Source: an uncultured delta proteobacterium (GTDB taxonomy: Bacteria; Desulfobacterota; Binatia; Bin18). From it: a DNA stretch of 64,000 bases. The DNA lies in NCBI GenBank assembly GCA_963733195.1, contig CAVTCR010000050.1, positions 1 through 64,000 of the forward strand, in the 5' to 3' direction. Below, in pieces: positions 20,214 through 30,689 of this stretch. Position numbers and translations under genes: made by a program. Position 1 is the first letter of the stretch; each line of letters opens with the position of its first letter. Under the pieces are notes generated by a model. It did not search any database. It was given only the letters and a program-made list of their open reading frames with translations, and had not been told where the DNA came from.

Positions 20214-21665
20214 TTACTGTTCAGTTATCAAACGTTGCTTCAGGAGCGAGTTGAGGAGCTGTGGGTTTGCCTTTCCTTGACTGGCTTTCATCGCTTGCCC
20301 CACAAAGAACCCCATGAGTTTATCCCGTCCGGCGCGATACTCCGCGACCTTGTCGGGGTTGTCAGCCAACACCTTGTCAACAATGTTAATGAGTGTACCT
20401 GTATCGCTGACCTGTGAAAGACCGTGTTCGGCGATGATGGTTTCTGGGGTTTTGCCACTTGCGCACATCGCTGTAAAAACGTTCTTTGCGATCGTCCCGC
20501 TAATAGTGCCCTCTTGGATTAAGCGGACGAGCGCGCCGAGATGTTCCGCAGGGCAGGGCCAAGAAGTAATAGTGAGTGCAGTATCCAGTTTTTCGTCTTT
20601 GATAATCCGTAACACGCTTTCCATGACCCAATTGCTGATAGCTTTGGGGGCAGATGGATAAGTGCGGACCGCAGCTTCATAATATTCAGCGACATCTTTG
20701 CGGGCAGTGAGGACTTCGGCATCATACACCGGTAGTCCGTAGTCACGGATGAGACGGTTTCTTCGGGCTGTTGGCAATTCGGGTAAGGCTGCTGAGACGC
20801 GGTTGAGCCATTCGTCCGAAATCACTAACGGCAGCAGATCCGGGTCGGGAAAGTAGCGGTAGTCATGAGCATGTTCTTTGCTCCGCATTGAACGTGTCAC
20901 TTCCCGGTCGGCATCCCATAGGCGGGTTTCTTGGACAATTCGTCCGCCTGACTCAAGGGCTTCTTGCTGGCGTTGGATCTCGTACAGGATTGCTTTTTCC
21001 ACGGCCCGGAACGAATTCATATTTTTGATCTCAACCTTGGTGCCAAACGGGCTGCTCCCGCGTAGGCGGATCGAGACATTGGCATCACAGCGGAGGCTCC
21101 CTTCCTCCATATTGCCATCGCAAACCTCAACGTACTGCAAAATGGCGCGCAGGCTTCGTAAATAGGCTCCAGCCTCTTCGGGAGAGCGCATATCTGGTTC
21201 GCTGACGATTTCCAGTAATGGTACCCCAGTGCGATTCAGATCAACGAGACTGGTATCACCATGAGGATCATGGATACTTTTGCCTGCATCCTCCTCCATA
21301 TGAATCCGCGTTAAGCCAATGCGTTTTTGCTGCTCGCCCACGGTAATATCGACATGGCCATGCTGGGCGATGGGGAGTTCATACATACTAATCTGGTATC
21401 CCTTCGGGAGATCGGGATAGAAATAATTCTTTCGCGCCCACTGGCTTCGTGAGGCGACCTGGCAGTGCGTTGCTACGGCTGCTCGCAGAGCGAATTCAAC
21501 CACACGCTGATTCAGAACCGGGAGAACCCCAGGCATGCCCATACAGACGGGACAGGTGTGATGGTTGGGTGGCGCTCCGAATTTAGTTGAACAGCCACAG
21601 AAAATTTTGGACTCGGTTAACAATTGCGCGTGAACTTCGAGACCAATGACCGCTTCGTATTCCAT
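20214..21665 (-). CDS. gatB: Asp/Glu-tRNA amidotransferase subunit B
   Basis: [41 protein letters not shown]. Confidence 0.97.
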   Translation of the reverse strand: MEYEAVIGLEVHAQLLTESKIFCGCSTKFGAPPNHHTCPVCMGMPGVLPVLNQRVVEFALRAAVATHCQVASRSQWARKNYFYPDLPKGYQISMYELPIAQHGHVDITVGEQQKRIGLTRIHMEEDAGKSIHDPHGDTSLVDLNRTGVPLLEIVSEPDMRSPEEAGAYLRSLRAILQYVEVCDGNMEEGSLRCDANVSIRLRGSSPFGTKVEIKNMNSFRAVEKAILYEIQRQQEALESGGRIVQETRLWDADREVTRSMRSKEHAHDYRYFPDPDLLPLVISDEWLNRVSAALPELPTARRNRLIRDYGLPVYDAEVLTARKDVAEYYEAAVRTYPSAPKAISNWVMESVLRIIKDEKLDTALTITSWPCPAEHLGALVRLIQEGTISGTIAKNVFTAMCASGKTPETIIAEHGLSQVSDTGTLINIVDKVLADNPDKVAEYRAGRDKLMGFFVGQAMKASQGKANPQLLNSLLKQRLITEQ

Positions 21666-21727
21666 ACAACCTCAACAAAATGCTTCAGAAGCTCTACTGA
21701 GCTAGTCGTGGGAGGCCGCGCATAGGG

Positions 21728-23188
21728 TTAGAGGCTTGGCTTTCGGGTGTGCCACGACGTACTGTGTTCATAGCTGTATGCTGTTTGCAGTAAAGTTGCT
21801 TCGTCAAATGGCTTGCCAATCAGTTGGAGACCGATCGGGAGCCCTTGGTGGTCAAACCCACAGGGGACTGCGATACCCGGTAGGCCCGCAAGATTGACGG
21901 CAATAGTGAAAATATCAGACAGGTACATCGTCAGTGGATCCGTTGTCTTTTCACCTATGGCAAACGCCGTAGTTGGAGCCACTGGTGTTGCGATGACATC
22001 ACATTCCTGTAATGCCTGGAGAAAATCTTGGCGTATAAGGGTTCTCACTTTTTGTGCCTTCAAATAATAGGCATCATAATACCCTGCGGATAGCACATAG
22101 GTACCAAGCAGGATGCGTCGTTTTACCTCTGGTCCGAACCCCTCAGCGCGAGTCTGTTCATACATGGCATTGAGTCCATCACTGTGTACGGCGCGGTGCC
22201 CATAACGCACCCCATCATATCGAGCCAGATTCGAACTCGCTTCGGCTGTGGCAATGATGTAATACGTTGCGACTGCATATTCCGTGTGAGGGAGGGAAAT
22301 CGGCACAGGCCGTGCCCCGAGAGCTGTTAGTTCGGTAATACTTGCTTGCACAGCTAACTCTACTTCAGGTTGCATGCCTTCGACAAAATACTCCTTGGGG
22401 ATGCCGATGCGGAGCCCGTGTATCCCCTGGGTTAAGGTTGCGGTGTAGTCTGGAACGGGAAGATTGACCGAGGTTGAGTCTCGAGGATCATGTCCGGCAA
22501 TGGTCTGTAGGAGCAGTGCGCAGTCACGCACGTCTTTGGTCACCGGACCAACTTGATCAAGGGAGGAGGCATACGCAACCACGCCATAGCGACTGACGCG
22601 ACCATAGGTTGGTTTTAACCCTGTCACACCACAGAAGGCCGCTGGCAGACGAATCGAGCCTCCGGTGTCCGTCCCGAGTGACGCAAACGCCAGGTCTGCA
22701 GCGACGGCAGCAGCGGAGCCCCCAGACGATCCCCCAGGGACACGGGTGAGGTCCCACGGATTCCGACACGGAAAAAAAGCCGAGTTCTCATTTGAGGACC
22801 CCATGGCGAACTCATCGCAGTTCACTTTGCCGATGATGATAGCGCCTGCGTCCTTGAGGCGCTGAATGACGGTGGCATCATACGGGGGAACGAAATCCGC
22901 GAGCATCCTTGAACCTGCCGTTGAACGAATCCCTTTCGTGAGAATGACATCTTTGACCGCAATGGGAATGCCACAGAGCGCAGGAGCTATGTGTGGGGTT
23001 TGTAGAAGTTGCTCAGCAGCGGAAGCTTGGGCTCGTGCGTATTCCGCACACACCGTGAGATACGTATGAAGTGAGGGGTCGGTTGCTTCAATGCGCGCGA
23101 GTACGGCGTTTGTCAAGTCTTGCGCTCGAATCTCCCGTTGTCTTAGGAGGCGAGATGCTTCGTGGATCGTGAGCTGAAAGAGGTCCAT
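21728..23188 (-). CDS. gatA: Asp/Glu-tRNA amidotransferase subunit A
   Basis: Amidase signature [29 protein letters not shown]. Confidence 0.97.
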   Translation of the reverse strand: MDLFQLTIHEASRLLRQREIRAQDLTNAVLARIEATDPSLHTYLTVCAEYARAQASAAEQLLQTPHIAPALCGIPIAVKDVILTKGIRSTAGSRMLADFVPPYDATVIQRLKDAGAIIIGKVNCDEFAMGSSNENSAFFPCRNPWDLTRVPGGSSGGSAAAVAADLAFASLGTDTGGSIRLPAAFCGVTGLKPTYGRVSRYGVVAYASSLDQVGPVTKDVRDCALLLQTIAGHDPRDSTSVNLPVPDYTATLTQGIHGLRIGIPKEYFVEGMQPEVELAVQASITELTALGARPVPISLPHTEYAVATYYIIATAEASSNLARYDGVRYGHRAVHSDGLNAMYEQTRAEGFGPEVKRRILLGTYVLSAGYYDAYYLKAQKVRTLIRQDFLQALQECDVIATPVAPTTAFAIGEKTTDPLTMYLSDIFTIAVNLAGLPGIAVPCGFDHQGLPIGLQLIGKPFDEATLLQTAYSYEHSTSWHTRKPSL

Positions 23189-23234
23189 AACGATCTCAGT
23201 GGATTCGTGGATATTGGCGTTTTCTTGGAGAAGC

Positions 23235-23525
23235 TTACAAGTCGATGATTTTGGGAACTTTGAAGAACGTGCCGTCTTTGGCTGGTGCCGTTTGTACGAG
23301 TGCTGGATCGGGAGCGTTGGTGACGCAGTCCGCGCGCAACGGCGCTGTGACAGAGACAGCGTGGGTGACAGGTTCTATGTTGTCAGTGGGCAATGCATTG
23401 AGTTTCTCAATATAAGTGAACACTTTTGTGAAGTGTGCCGTCATCGCTTCTGCGTCTTGCGGAGTTAGTGAGAGACGGGCAAGTCGGGCGATGCGTTGCA
23501 CGTCTTCCTTTGTAACTTGTACCAT
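23235..23525 (-). CDS. gatC: Asp/Glu-tRNA amidotransferase subunit C
   Basis: IARLARL...LRAD...FFKVPKII; upstream of gatA. Confidence 0.93.
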   Translation of the reverse strand: MVQVTKEDVQRIARLARLSLTPQDAEAMTAHFTKVFTYIEKLNALPTDNIEPVTHAVSVTAPLRADCVTNAPDPALVQTAPAKDGTFFKVPKIIDL

Positions 23526-23647
23526 AGAGAGGGTGACTCCGAATCGCTAATTTTAGCAGAGCATGCAACATAAATGAGGCTACGGGGCAACGAAAGTAGG
23601 GCAGGGGAATCTTGATTGGAGAGGTTGAGCTCAGATACCCTGCTGAC

Positions 23648-24037
23648 ATGGCGATATTACGACAACGACAAGATCTGGGACGTCGAGGCGAAGAGGAAGC
23701 TGCGCGCTTCCTCTGTGGTCTTGGCTACATTGTGATTGCCAAGAACTATCGATCTCCGTACGGAGAAATCGATTTGATCGCCCAAGATCAACACAATCGA
23801 CGCATGATTGTGTTTGTTGAAGTGCGTACGAATTCAGACCCACGGTTTGGCGACCCCCTCGCATCCGTCAATTTGCGCAAGCAGCGACAAGTAGCAAAGA
23901 CTGCCCAGTACTATTTGGTGCGCCACAGGTTAGAAAACCATGAAGCACGGTTTGACGTCATTGGCATTCGCTGGCAATTGGGACAGGCGCGCATAAGCCA
24001 CATTCAAGGCGCATTTGAACTTCCGCGTTCGTGGTAG
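23648..24037 (+). CDS. yraN: YraN/UPF0102 family endonuclease-like protein
   Basis: LGRRGEEEA, GEIDLIA, VFVEVR, RFDVI, HIQGAF. Confidence 0.92.
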   Translation: MAILRQRQDLGRRGEEEAARFLCGLGYIVIAKNYRSPYGEIDLIAQDQHNRRMIVFVEVRTNSDPRFGDPLASVNLRKQRQVAKTAQYYLVRHRLENHEARFDVIGIRWQLGQARISHIQGAFELPRSW

Positions 24038-24046
24038 AAAGAAAGG

Positions 24047-24778
24047 TTGAGGAAAATTTTTATGTACTGGTTGCTGGTTGTTAGTCTATGGTTTGTGAGT
24101 CTGGTGGGGGGAGCTGTTGAGCAGGTGTTTGGATATGAAGTCATCTCGGTTTCCGAAGGCGGCAGCGTTGTTGGGACTGTCAAATACACAGGCCCGCGTC
24201 CAGTCGCAGAGCCATTGAGCATCTCAAAAGATCAGGAGGTATGCGGAAAAACGGAAAAAGTGAATGAGACACTCCTCATTGGCGAGAACCAAGGTGTACA
24301 AAATGCTGTTGTTTCACTCATGAATATTGAGAAAGGAAAACGATTTTCGCAAAAAAGTGCGACTTTAGATCAAAAAGACTGCCGCTACGCTCCGCATATC
24401 CTTCTGGTTCCTGTCAGTAGCGAACTGTCGATTCTGAATAATGACGGGATCCTGCATAATTTCCACAGCCACAGCACGAATAATCCTACGGTAAACAAGC
24501 CACAGCCAAAGTTCAAAAAAGTGATGAAAGAAAAGTTTAGCGAGCCTGAAGTGATTAAGGTGACGTGCGATGCCCATGCGTGGATGTCTGGCTGGCTGGT
24601 GATTACAGACCATCCGTACTATGTAGTGACCGACACAAAAGGGAATTTCCAGCTTGAGGATGTGCCGCCAGGTCAATACGAACTCAAGGTTTGGCACGAG
24701 ACTCTTAGGGAAACAACACAACAGATTCGAGTACTACCGAGAGTTATACAACGAATCAGTATAGAGATGGTGAACTAA
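24047..24778 (+). CDS. Exported cupredoxin-like/carboxypeptidase-regulatory-like domain protein
   Basis: Signal peptide; LDQKDCRYAPH, LHNFH, CDAHAWM, GNFQLEDVPPGQYELKVWHE. Confidence 0.75.
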   Translation: MRKIFMYWLLVVSLWFVSLVGGAVEQVFGYEVISVSEGGSVVGTVKYTGPRPVAEPLSISKDQEVCGKTEKVNETLLIGENQGVQNAVVSLMNIEKGKRFSQKSATLDQKDCRYAPHILLVPVSSELSILNNDGILHNFHSHSTNNPTVNKPQPKFKKVMKEKFSEPEVIKVTCDAHAWMSGWLVITDHPYYVVTDTKGNFQLEDVPPGQYELKVWHETLRETTQQIRVLPRVIQRISIEMVN

Positions 24779-24811
24779 CAACTGATAAGGACTAAGTTAA
24801 ATCATTTTTAC

Positions 24812-24837
24812 CATTTATTGACTATAGTCAATAAATG
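24812..24837. promoter_or_regulatory. Perfect 26-bp palindrome, candidate protein-binding site; partial second copy at 24926-24937
   Basis: CATTTATTGACTATAGTCAATAAATG equals its own reverse complement; TTGACTATAGTC recurs 108 bp downstream. Confidence 0.6.
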
Positions 24838-25324
24838 AGATTCCAAATTTTCACCACATACTATCCGACACCTTTAGCAAAACAATAAAGTATTTTGAGT
24901 TAAGAGAAGATTGGGAAACCTAATTTTGACTATAGTCTATATATTCTTTTAAATTTTACTTGATACACCAACTCAAGAAAAAAACATGAAACTATCAGAC
25001 TTTTTGCAGAAGCAAGCCATGCGAAACAGGTTTTCGCAAGAGGTTTAATATCTCGATTCTTTACAGCCTTTTGCGTGTCATGTAAGTACTTGAGTCTCAC
25101 TATGAAATCACGAGCACCTTCAAGAACCTATCGGAAGAAAAATTGATGGTAACCGAATTTGCGATCAAGGAGCGTTTGAACTCCCGCGTTCATGGGAACG
25201 CCAATGGTTCCTTAAATACGAAATAATTTTCGCCTTCGACTCAGATTCCACTGTCTATGGAAGCCATTGTGTGTTGGGTGAAGACGAGCCAGCATGATAA
25301 GAACATGGGAATTTCGTAGTAAAT

Positions 25325-25353
25325 AAAATACATAATAATCTATTATCGGACGT
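25325..25353 (-). other. Candidate dif (XerC/D) chromosome dimer resolution site
   Basis: Minus strand ACGTCCGATAA-TAGATTA-TTATGTATTTT; intergenic; at the GC-skew and KOPS-like polarity switch; spacer is 7 nt rather than 6. Confidence 0.6.
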
Positions 25354-25396
25354 ATTATTGCAAAAGAGGGTTACCCTTCGCGAGGCTTCCCTCCTC

Positions 25397-26059
25397 CTAC
25401 TTTCTTGATTTCCCTTGGAACAATTCTACAAGCGGGTGTGTCGGACTTACCGAAGCTAATTTTTCATAGTGCGCCTTGGCGGCCACACTATCATTCAGCT
25501 TTTCTGCTAAACGTGCTGCAGCAGCAAGCGCCTCAGTTTTCAGCGGGCCATCAAGAGCAGCCGCCTTTTCGTACCTCTGCCGCGCGTTGGCGTCCGCGCC
25601 TTTATTCTCTGCATTCTGTGCGAGCTTAATCAATAACAATTGCTCAAGGTAACTTCCCGGCTTGCTAACACTCACCGCGGCAAGCGCCCCCTCATAGCCT
25701 TTTGATGCGTCATCGGTCTTGCCTAACGCTGCATATGCCTCACCTAGATAAAATAACCCAAGCGCTCGCTCCGCATTACTTAAAGAGGAACTTCCGACCT
25801 TCTGTAAATCCTCGAGTGCCTTTTGCGCATCTCCATTCTGGAGAGTGAGGATGCCTTTTCGCAAACTCTCTAACGCCGACGCTTTCTGGTACTTCCAATA
25901 AAAACTTCCGCTGACAAGCAACAGGATAATTGCAGCAACACTACCAATAGCGAGCTGGTTGACTTGTACCCAATGCCCAAGCGCATCCCGTATTCCTCCC
26001 TCTTCTATCGCCAACAATCGATCTTGCAGCGAATCAGCTTTAGCCACGATTCTTACCAT
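25397..26059 (-). CDS. Membrane-anchored TPR protein (YfgM-like)
   Basis: Single TM, then TPR-like helices (FYLGEAYAALG). Confidence 0.7.
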   Translation of the reverse strand: MVRIVAKADSLQDRLLAIEEGGIRDALGHWVQVNQLAIGSVAAIILLLVSGSFYWKYQKASALESLRKGILTLQNGDAQKALEDLQKVGSSSLSNAERALGLFYLGEAYAALGKTDDASKGYEGALAAVSVSKPGSYLEQLLLIKLAQNAENKGADANARQRYEKAAALDGPLKTEALAAAARLAEKLNDSVAAKAHYEKLASVSPTHPLVELFQGKSRK

Positions 26060-26082
26060 CCCATCAGCGAGACCATACGCTT

Positions 26083-26601
26083 TTACATCTTATACTTAAA
26101 ATCATCAGGGGACATTTTTTCTAGAATCTCCGCCCATTTGTCTCGGGATACGTTCGATAAGTTCTGCTCTTGTGGATCTTCCATTTTTTGCTGCAATGTA
26201 CTGGATGCTTCAAGCACTTTCTTCGCTACAAAAATCGGGCTCTTTGTCCGTAGAGCTAGAGAGATAGCATCACTAGGCCGCGAGTCGATCGATACCGTTC
26301 GCCCGTTCACTTCTAAGCAAATACTTGCATAATAAGTGCTATCCCGCAGGTCGGACACTTCAATCGCCTCAACGATGCCACCAAGTGTGTCAACGATGCT
26401 CCGTAACAGATCATGCGTCATCGGTCGCGCCATCTTGATCCCCTCTAACTCTGTCGCCATCGCCGTAGCCTCCATGAGGCCAATCCAGATTGGCAGATTG
26501 AGCTTATTGTCGGGGTCTTTCAAAATGACGATCGGCGTCTTTGTTACCGGGTCAAGGGTTAGTCCCCCTACCCGCATCTCAATAAATTCTTCTCGCGCCA
26601 T
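26083..26601 (-). CDS. Bifunctional nuclease family protein (DUF151)
   Basis: LPIWIG..EA, RPMTHDL, IDSRPSDAI. Confidence 0.92.
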   Translation of the reverse strand: MAREEFIEMRVGGLTLDPVTKTPIVILKDPDNKLNLPIWIGLMEATAMATELEGIKMARPMTHDLLRSIVDTLGGIVEAIEVSDLRDSTYYASICLEVNGRTVSIDSRPSDAISLALRTKSPIFVAKKVLEASSTLQQKMEDPQEQNLSNVSRDKWAEILEKMSPDDFKYKM

Positions 26602-26631
26602 ATCATCCCCTTCATACTGGGAAAGTAAAGA

Positions 26632-26659
26632 ATTTTAACACCCCCCAAAGGCCCGTCAA
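26632..26659 (-). promoter_or_regulatory. Sigma-70-type promoter for the DUF151-TPR genes
   Basis: TTGACG-N16-TAAAAT with TG extended -10, ~30 bp upstream of the start. Confidence 0.5.
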
Positions 26660-26672
26660 TGCAAAACCCCTA

Positions 26673-28097
26673 TCAAGCTGTGACCAGCTTATCAATCACA
26701 CGATACAGCTGATTGAGGTTACGACACTCCTCAACAAGATCACAGTACGGGGCGTAGCGGTCCATTTCGCTATCGCCAAATCCCCACGTCAAGCGACTCT
26801 CTGGGTTTAACCAAAAAACCTGCTTCGCTCGCAGTTTCACATCTCGTATGACCCATTCATGGGGCAAGTTATAGTTGTTTCGGGCATCTCCCAAAATGAT
26901 TACCGTCGTACGCTTATTGATACTCGACAAGTAATCCCGGTGAAACATCTTAAATGCTCGCCCAAAGTCTGAGTGCGCATACAGGTTGATCATGTTTCCA
27001 CGCAAGGCCAAGTCAATTGCCGATTGAATCTCGTTTTCTTCAAATAACTTTGTCACCTCACCCAAGTCTGCAACAAAGATGAAGCTCCGTACTCGCGAAT
27101 ACAAATCTTGCACCGAGTACACAAATTGCAGCATGAATCGCGAGACATTTCGTACGGAATCAGAGACGTCACAGAGAATCACGACCTGCGGCTTTTCCTT
27201 CTTTCTTCTGTCAACAACGATCTTGAAAGGCACCCCGCCATACTGCAAGTTTTTCCGCAGCGTTTGTTGCAAGTCAAAGTGTCCGCGCTTAGCACGTTTC
27301 CGTCGGATGGAAATCACATGTTTGAGCCGTTGCGCAAGCTTCCCCACCGCTTCTTTCATCTTCCGGATTTCATCCTCTGTGAGATAATAAAAGCTTTTAT
27401 CAGCCAACGTGCGCATTTTCTGCTGTTCCCGCACCTGCGGGTTCTGCTTTTCCAGTTCCGCCCGAACGAAGCTCCGTACCATGTGGGCAAGATCCTGCAT
27501 CCTTCGGTCAATATAGGCTAGCGCTTGTTCGATCTGCTGAGGGTTTAAACCTGCTCGCTGCAAGGCTTCTTTCAGTGCAGACATTTCCTGCATTAACTGT
27601 CCAAACCCCAACATCTGCGCCACAGCGTTGGCAAATTGCCCCTCTTGAAACGATCGCTGAATGTCCTGCAAATTGGCTTGCTGCGCAGCTTCCCGGAGCA
27701 TACGTTCGAGTTGGCCGGTGTTATTGGACAGAAGCGCTTTCGCTAGCTCAGACATCTCGGTGCCCATATTCTTTAGCGCTTCTTCGAGTTGCTCCAGAAA
27801 TTTCTGGAACTCCTCCTCCGACATCTCCATGGCCGCCATTGTTTCTGCGCCAGCCTGCTTAATGATCTCGCCAAGGCCGGTAAAGTACAGATCAAAGAGC
27901 TCATCGTAGACAGGAATATCTACAATTCGCTTAACGAGCGTGGCCCGTAACGCATCCTTCAGCACTTCTCGGCTCCGGATTCCGACTAGGCCGAGCGCAG
28001 CAAAGGTGTCCATATTCTCCGCCGCCGATACCTTCAGTCCGTTTTCTCGCAGTAGATGGGTAAACTCGATTAATTTCTCGTCCATGGCGGCGCTCAC
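26673..28097 (-). CDS. VWA domain protein (CoxE-like)
   Basis: MIDAS CDVSDS, IILGDARNN, WLNPE. Confidence 0.88.
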   Translation of the reverse strand: MSAAMDEKLIEFTHLLRENGLKVSAAENMDTFAALGLVGIRSREVLKDALRATLVKRIVDIPVYDELFDLYFTGLGEIIKQAGAETMAAMEMSEEEFQKFLEQLEEALKNMGTEMSELAKALLSNNTGQLERMLREAAQQANLQDIQRSFQEGQFANAVAQMLGFGQLMQEMSALKEALQRAGLNPQQIEQALAYIDRRMQDLAHMVRSFVRAELEKQNPQVREQQKMRTLADKSFYYLTEDEIRKMKEAVGKLAQRLKHVISIRRKRAKRGHFDLQQTLRKNLQYGGVPFKIVVDRRKKEKPQVVILCDVSDSVRNVSRFMLQFVYSVQDLYSRVRSFIFVADLGEVTKLFEENEIQSAIDLALRGNMINLYAHSDFGRAFKMFHRDYLSSINKRTTVIILGDARNNYNLPHEWVIRDVKLRAKQVFWLNPESRLTWGFGDSEMDRYAPYCDLVEECRNLNQLYRVIDKLVTA

Positions 28098-28123
28098 TCT
28101 CCTGTTCGTGTCTCCGCTATCCC

Positions 28124-29086
28124 TTAATGGAGAAGATCTTTATCACTCTGTGTAGCCGAAGGCTTTGCCTTGGTTTTCTGCTTCTGCAAGTATTCCTTCA
28201 ATTCAGCCTCTGCCTTTCGCACATCTCCTTCATACTTCAAGATGGTATTAAGCGTCTCGTTCACCACAGTTTCATCCAATTTCCCAACATTGAGCAACGT
28301 GAGCGCTTTCGCCCAGTCAAGGGTCTCGCTAATACTCGGAACTTTTTTAAGATCAAGCTTCCGAATCCCTTGCACCACCTCAACCACCTCGTCCGCCAAT
28401 TTTTCTGCAACACCAGGGACTTTCATTTTCACGATCTCCAGTTCCTGTTGGCGATCAGGAAAATCGATGTATAAATGTAAACATCGGCGCTTCAACGCAT
28501 CCGACATTTCTCGCGCATTATTACTGGTCAGCACTACCAGGGGAATCTGCTTCGCTTTTATCGTCCCGAGTTCGGGAACACTCACCTGAAAGTCGCTCAA
28601 CACTTCCAACAAAAATGCCTCAAACTCACTGTCAGATTTGTCGATCTCGTCAATCAGCAGCACCAGCTGCTTCTCCGATGAGATCGCCTGCAACAATGGT
28701 CGCGGTAAAATAAATCGATGAGAAAAGAACACACTATCCTGGTTTCCAATCCGCTCCACTGCCTCTGCAAGACTCCGTGTTCCTTCGAGCACTTCACCAA
28801 TCTTATCTTTCAGGATTTGCGTATAGAGTAATTGCTTCGCATATTCCCATTCGTACAACGCTTTGGCCTCATCAAGCCCTTCGTAACATTGCAGTCGCAC
28901 CAAATCACAATGCAGCGCTCCACTCAAAACCTTTGCTAGCTCAGTTTTTCCTACCCCAGCCGGTCCTTCGACCAGGATCGGTTTTCGCAGATGAGTCGCC
29001 AAATAGGCAATCGTGGCAATACGTTGATTGCAGATATACTTTTGCTCTGCGAATTTGCTGATGACATCCTCGATCGAAGTGAACAT
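28124..29086 (-). CDS. MoxR family AAA+ ATPase (CoxD-like)
   Basis: GPAGVGKT, RLQCYEGLD, LLIDEIDK, DALKRRC. Confidence 0.92.
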   Translation of the reverse strand: MFTSIEDVISKFAEQKYICNQRIATIAYLATHLRKPILVEGPAGVGKTELAKVLSGALHCDLVRLQCYEGLDEAKALYEWEYAKQLLYTQILKDKIGEVLEGTRSLAEAVERIGNQDSVFFSHRFILPRPLLQAISSEKQLVLLIDEIDKSDSEFEAFLLEVLSDFQVSVPELGTIKAKQIPLVVLTSNNAREMSDALKRRCLHLYIDFPDRQQELEIVKMKVPGVAEKLADEVVEVVQGIRKLDLKKVPSISETLDWAKALTLLNVGKLDETVVNETLNTILKYEGDVRKAEAELKEYLQKQKTKAKPSATQSDKDLLH

Positions 29087-29213
29087 TCTTCCTCCCTGGT
29101 CGTAAATTTGTCACACCCTAGCACATGCAAAAAGCCTAAGACAAGGCGCGCAAACGTCCTTGCCCATAGCCCTTGCATGCACAACGGTTCTTTTCTTATA
29201 ATCCGTCCCCATT

Positions 29214-29993
29214 ATGTGTACGCTTGCCTTTTACTTCCAGGTCTTTCCGCACTATCCCATCGTTGCTGCGGCAAATCGCGACGAATCACTTACCCGCCCC
29301 TCAGCAACCCCACGGCAACTGTGGTCAGCCCCATGGATTTTCGGTGGACAAGACCTCCTCGCTGGCGGCACCTGGCTTGGGATTAATGAGCACGGCATCC
29401 TCGCTGCCATTCTCAATCGTCACACCGGTCATCCGGCCGACCCACGTTGTCGTTCTCGTGGAATCCTTTGTCTTGATGCATTAAAGTACCCAACCGTACG
29501 TCAGGCAGTTGATTTCGTGAATGCGCAATCCCCTGCTGAATACAATCCTTTCAATCTGCTCATCGCCAACCACACTGAGGCCTATGTCATTTACGCTCAG
29601 CCCCCTTTATTTGAAACTAAACCGCTACGTCCGGGGTTCCACTTACTGACCAACTACAACCTTAACGACCTCACCTGCCCTCGCACCAAGCGCTCCAGCC
29701 CTGAGTTCGCTCGTATTGCCTCACACAACTCAGATCGCCCGCTCAGCTTTTCAGATATCTGCTCTCAGCTTCACCCTCTCCTTGCTACTCATGCTCCCGA
29801 CCTTGACCCGCGGGCGAGCGTTTGTATTCACCTCGACGGCTACGGTACCTGTTCCTCAAGCGTCCTTGCCTATTCATATATCGAGCGTCGCTACCTCTAT
29901 ACCTTCGCTCCAGGTTCACCGTGTCGCAATCCTTACAGCGACGTGGACATCTCCCCAGGCGGGTGGGCAAGCCAACCACCATCAACCACATAA
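29214..29993 (+). CDS. NRDE/TANGO2 family protein
   Basis: N-terminal MC, AANRDE, GGTWLG, SRG, YGT. Confidence 0.9.
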   Translation: MCTLAFYFQVFPHYPIVAAANRDESLTRPSATPRQLWSAPWIFGGQDLLAGGTWLGINEHGILAAILNRHTGHPADPRCRSRGILCLDALKYPTVRQAVDFVNAQSPAEYNPFNLLIANHTEAYVIYAQPPLFETKPLRPGFHLLTNYNLNDLTCPRTKRSSPEFARIASHNSDRPLSFSDICSQLHPLLATHAPDLDPRASVCIHLDGYGTCSSSVLAYSYIERRYLYTFAPGSPCRNPYSDVDISPGGWASQPPSTT

Positions 29994-30688
29994 GATGCAC
30001 CGGTCACAAAATCTCCGGCTTCAATAAGAAATCGTACCGATCGAAGAACATCCATCGGTTCTCCTAGGTGCTGCAAGGGAGTAGCATCAGAAAGTGCCTG
30101 TAGAGCGCGAGCATCATAAGAGGACGGAGGGAGAATAGGTCCCAATACAACTTCATTCACCTGCACCTGTGGGGCCAACGCTTTCGCCAAAGCAACGGTA
30201 GACATGTGTAAACCACCCTTCGCAACACAGTAGGATAAGTAGTTTCGTACTGGCCGTTGTCCACTCCAATCCCCAAGTTGAATAATCTTCCCCCTGCCTC
30301 GCTTCTTCATCTCTCGCCCAAGCATCATCGCCAATATCAACGGCGTTGTCATATTGATCTGCATGACCTTCCGCCACACATCGACATTCAGACTGCTGAG
30401 TGGTGTCGGATAGAAAACCGCCGCACTGTTCACCAATACATCAACGGTCCCAGTATGCCGGAGTGCGTTTCTGACTAGTCGCTCAGCCTCACCAGGAGCA
30501 GACAAGTCTGCCTTGACGACCAACACACGTCTGCCCATTTTTTCTATTGCTTCCACCAACTCTGCTGTTGTCGAGGAATGCACATGCAAAACCAGATCTG
30601 CCCCACCTTCTGCTAATGTAAAAGCAATGGCCCGGCCCAACCGTTTCCCCGCCCCCGTCACTAATGCAGTGACTCCTTGTAGCTCCAC
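29933..30688 (-). CDS. SDR oxidoreductase, pteridine reductase (FolM/PTR1)-like
   Basis: GTG 30688; TGAGKRLGRAIA, VNSAAVF, YCVAK, LAPQVQVN. Confidence 0.8.
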   Translation of the reverse strand: MELQGVTALVTGAGKRLGRAIAFTLAEGGADLVLHVHSSTTAELVEAIEKMGRRVLVVKADLSAPGEAERLVRNALRHTGTVDVLVNSAAVFYPTPLSSLNVDVWRKVMQINMTTPLILAMMLGREMKKRGRGKIIQLGDWSGQRPVRNYLSYCVAKGGLHMSTVALAKALAPQVQVNEVVLGPILPPSSYDARALQALSDATPLQHLGEPMDVLRSVRFLIEAGDFVTGASYVVDGGWLAHPPGEMSTSL

Positions 30689-30689
30689 T

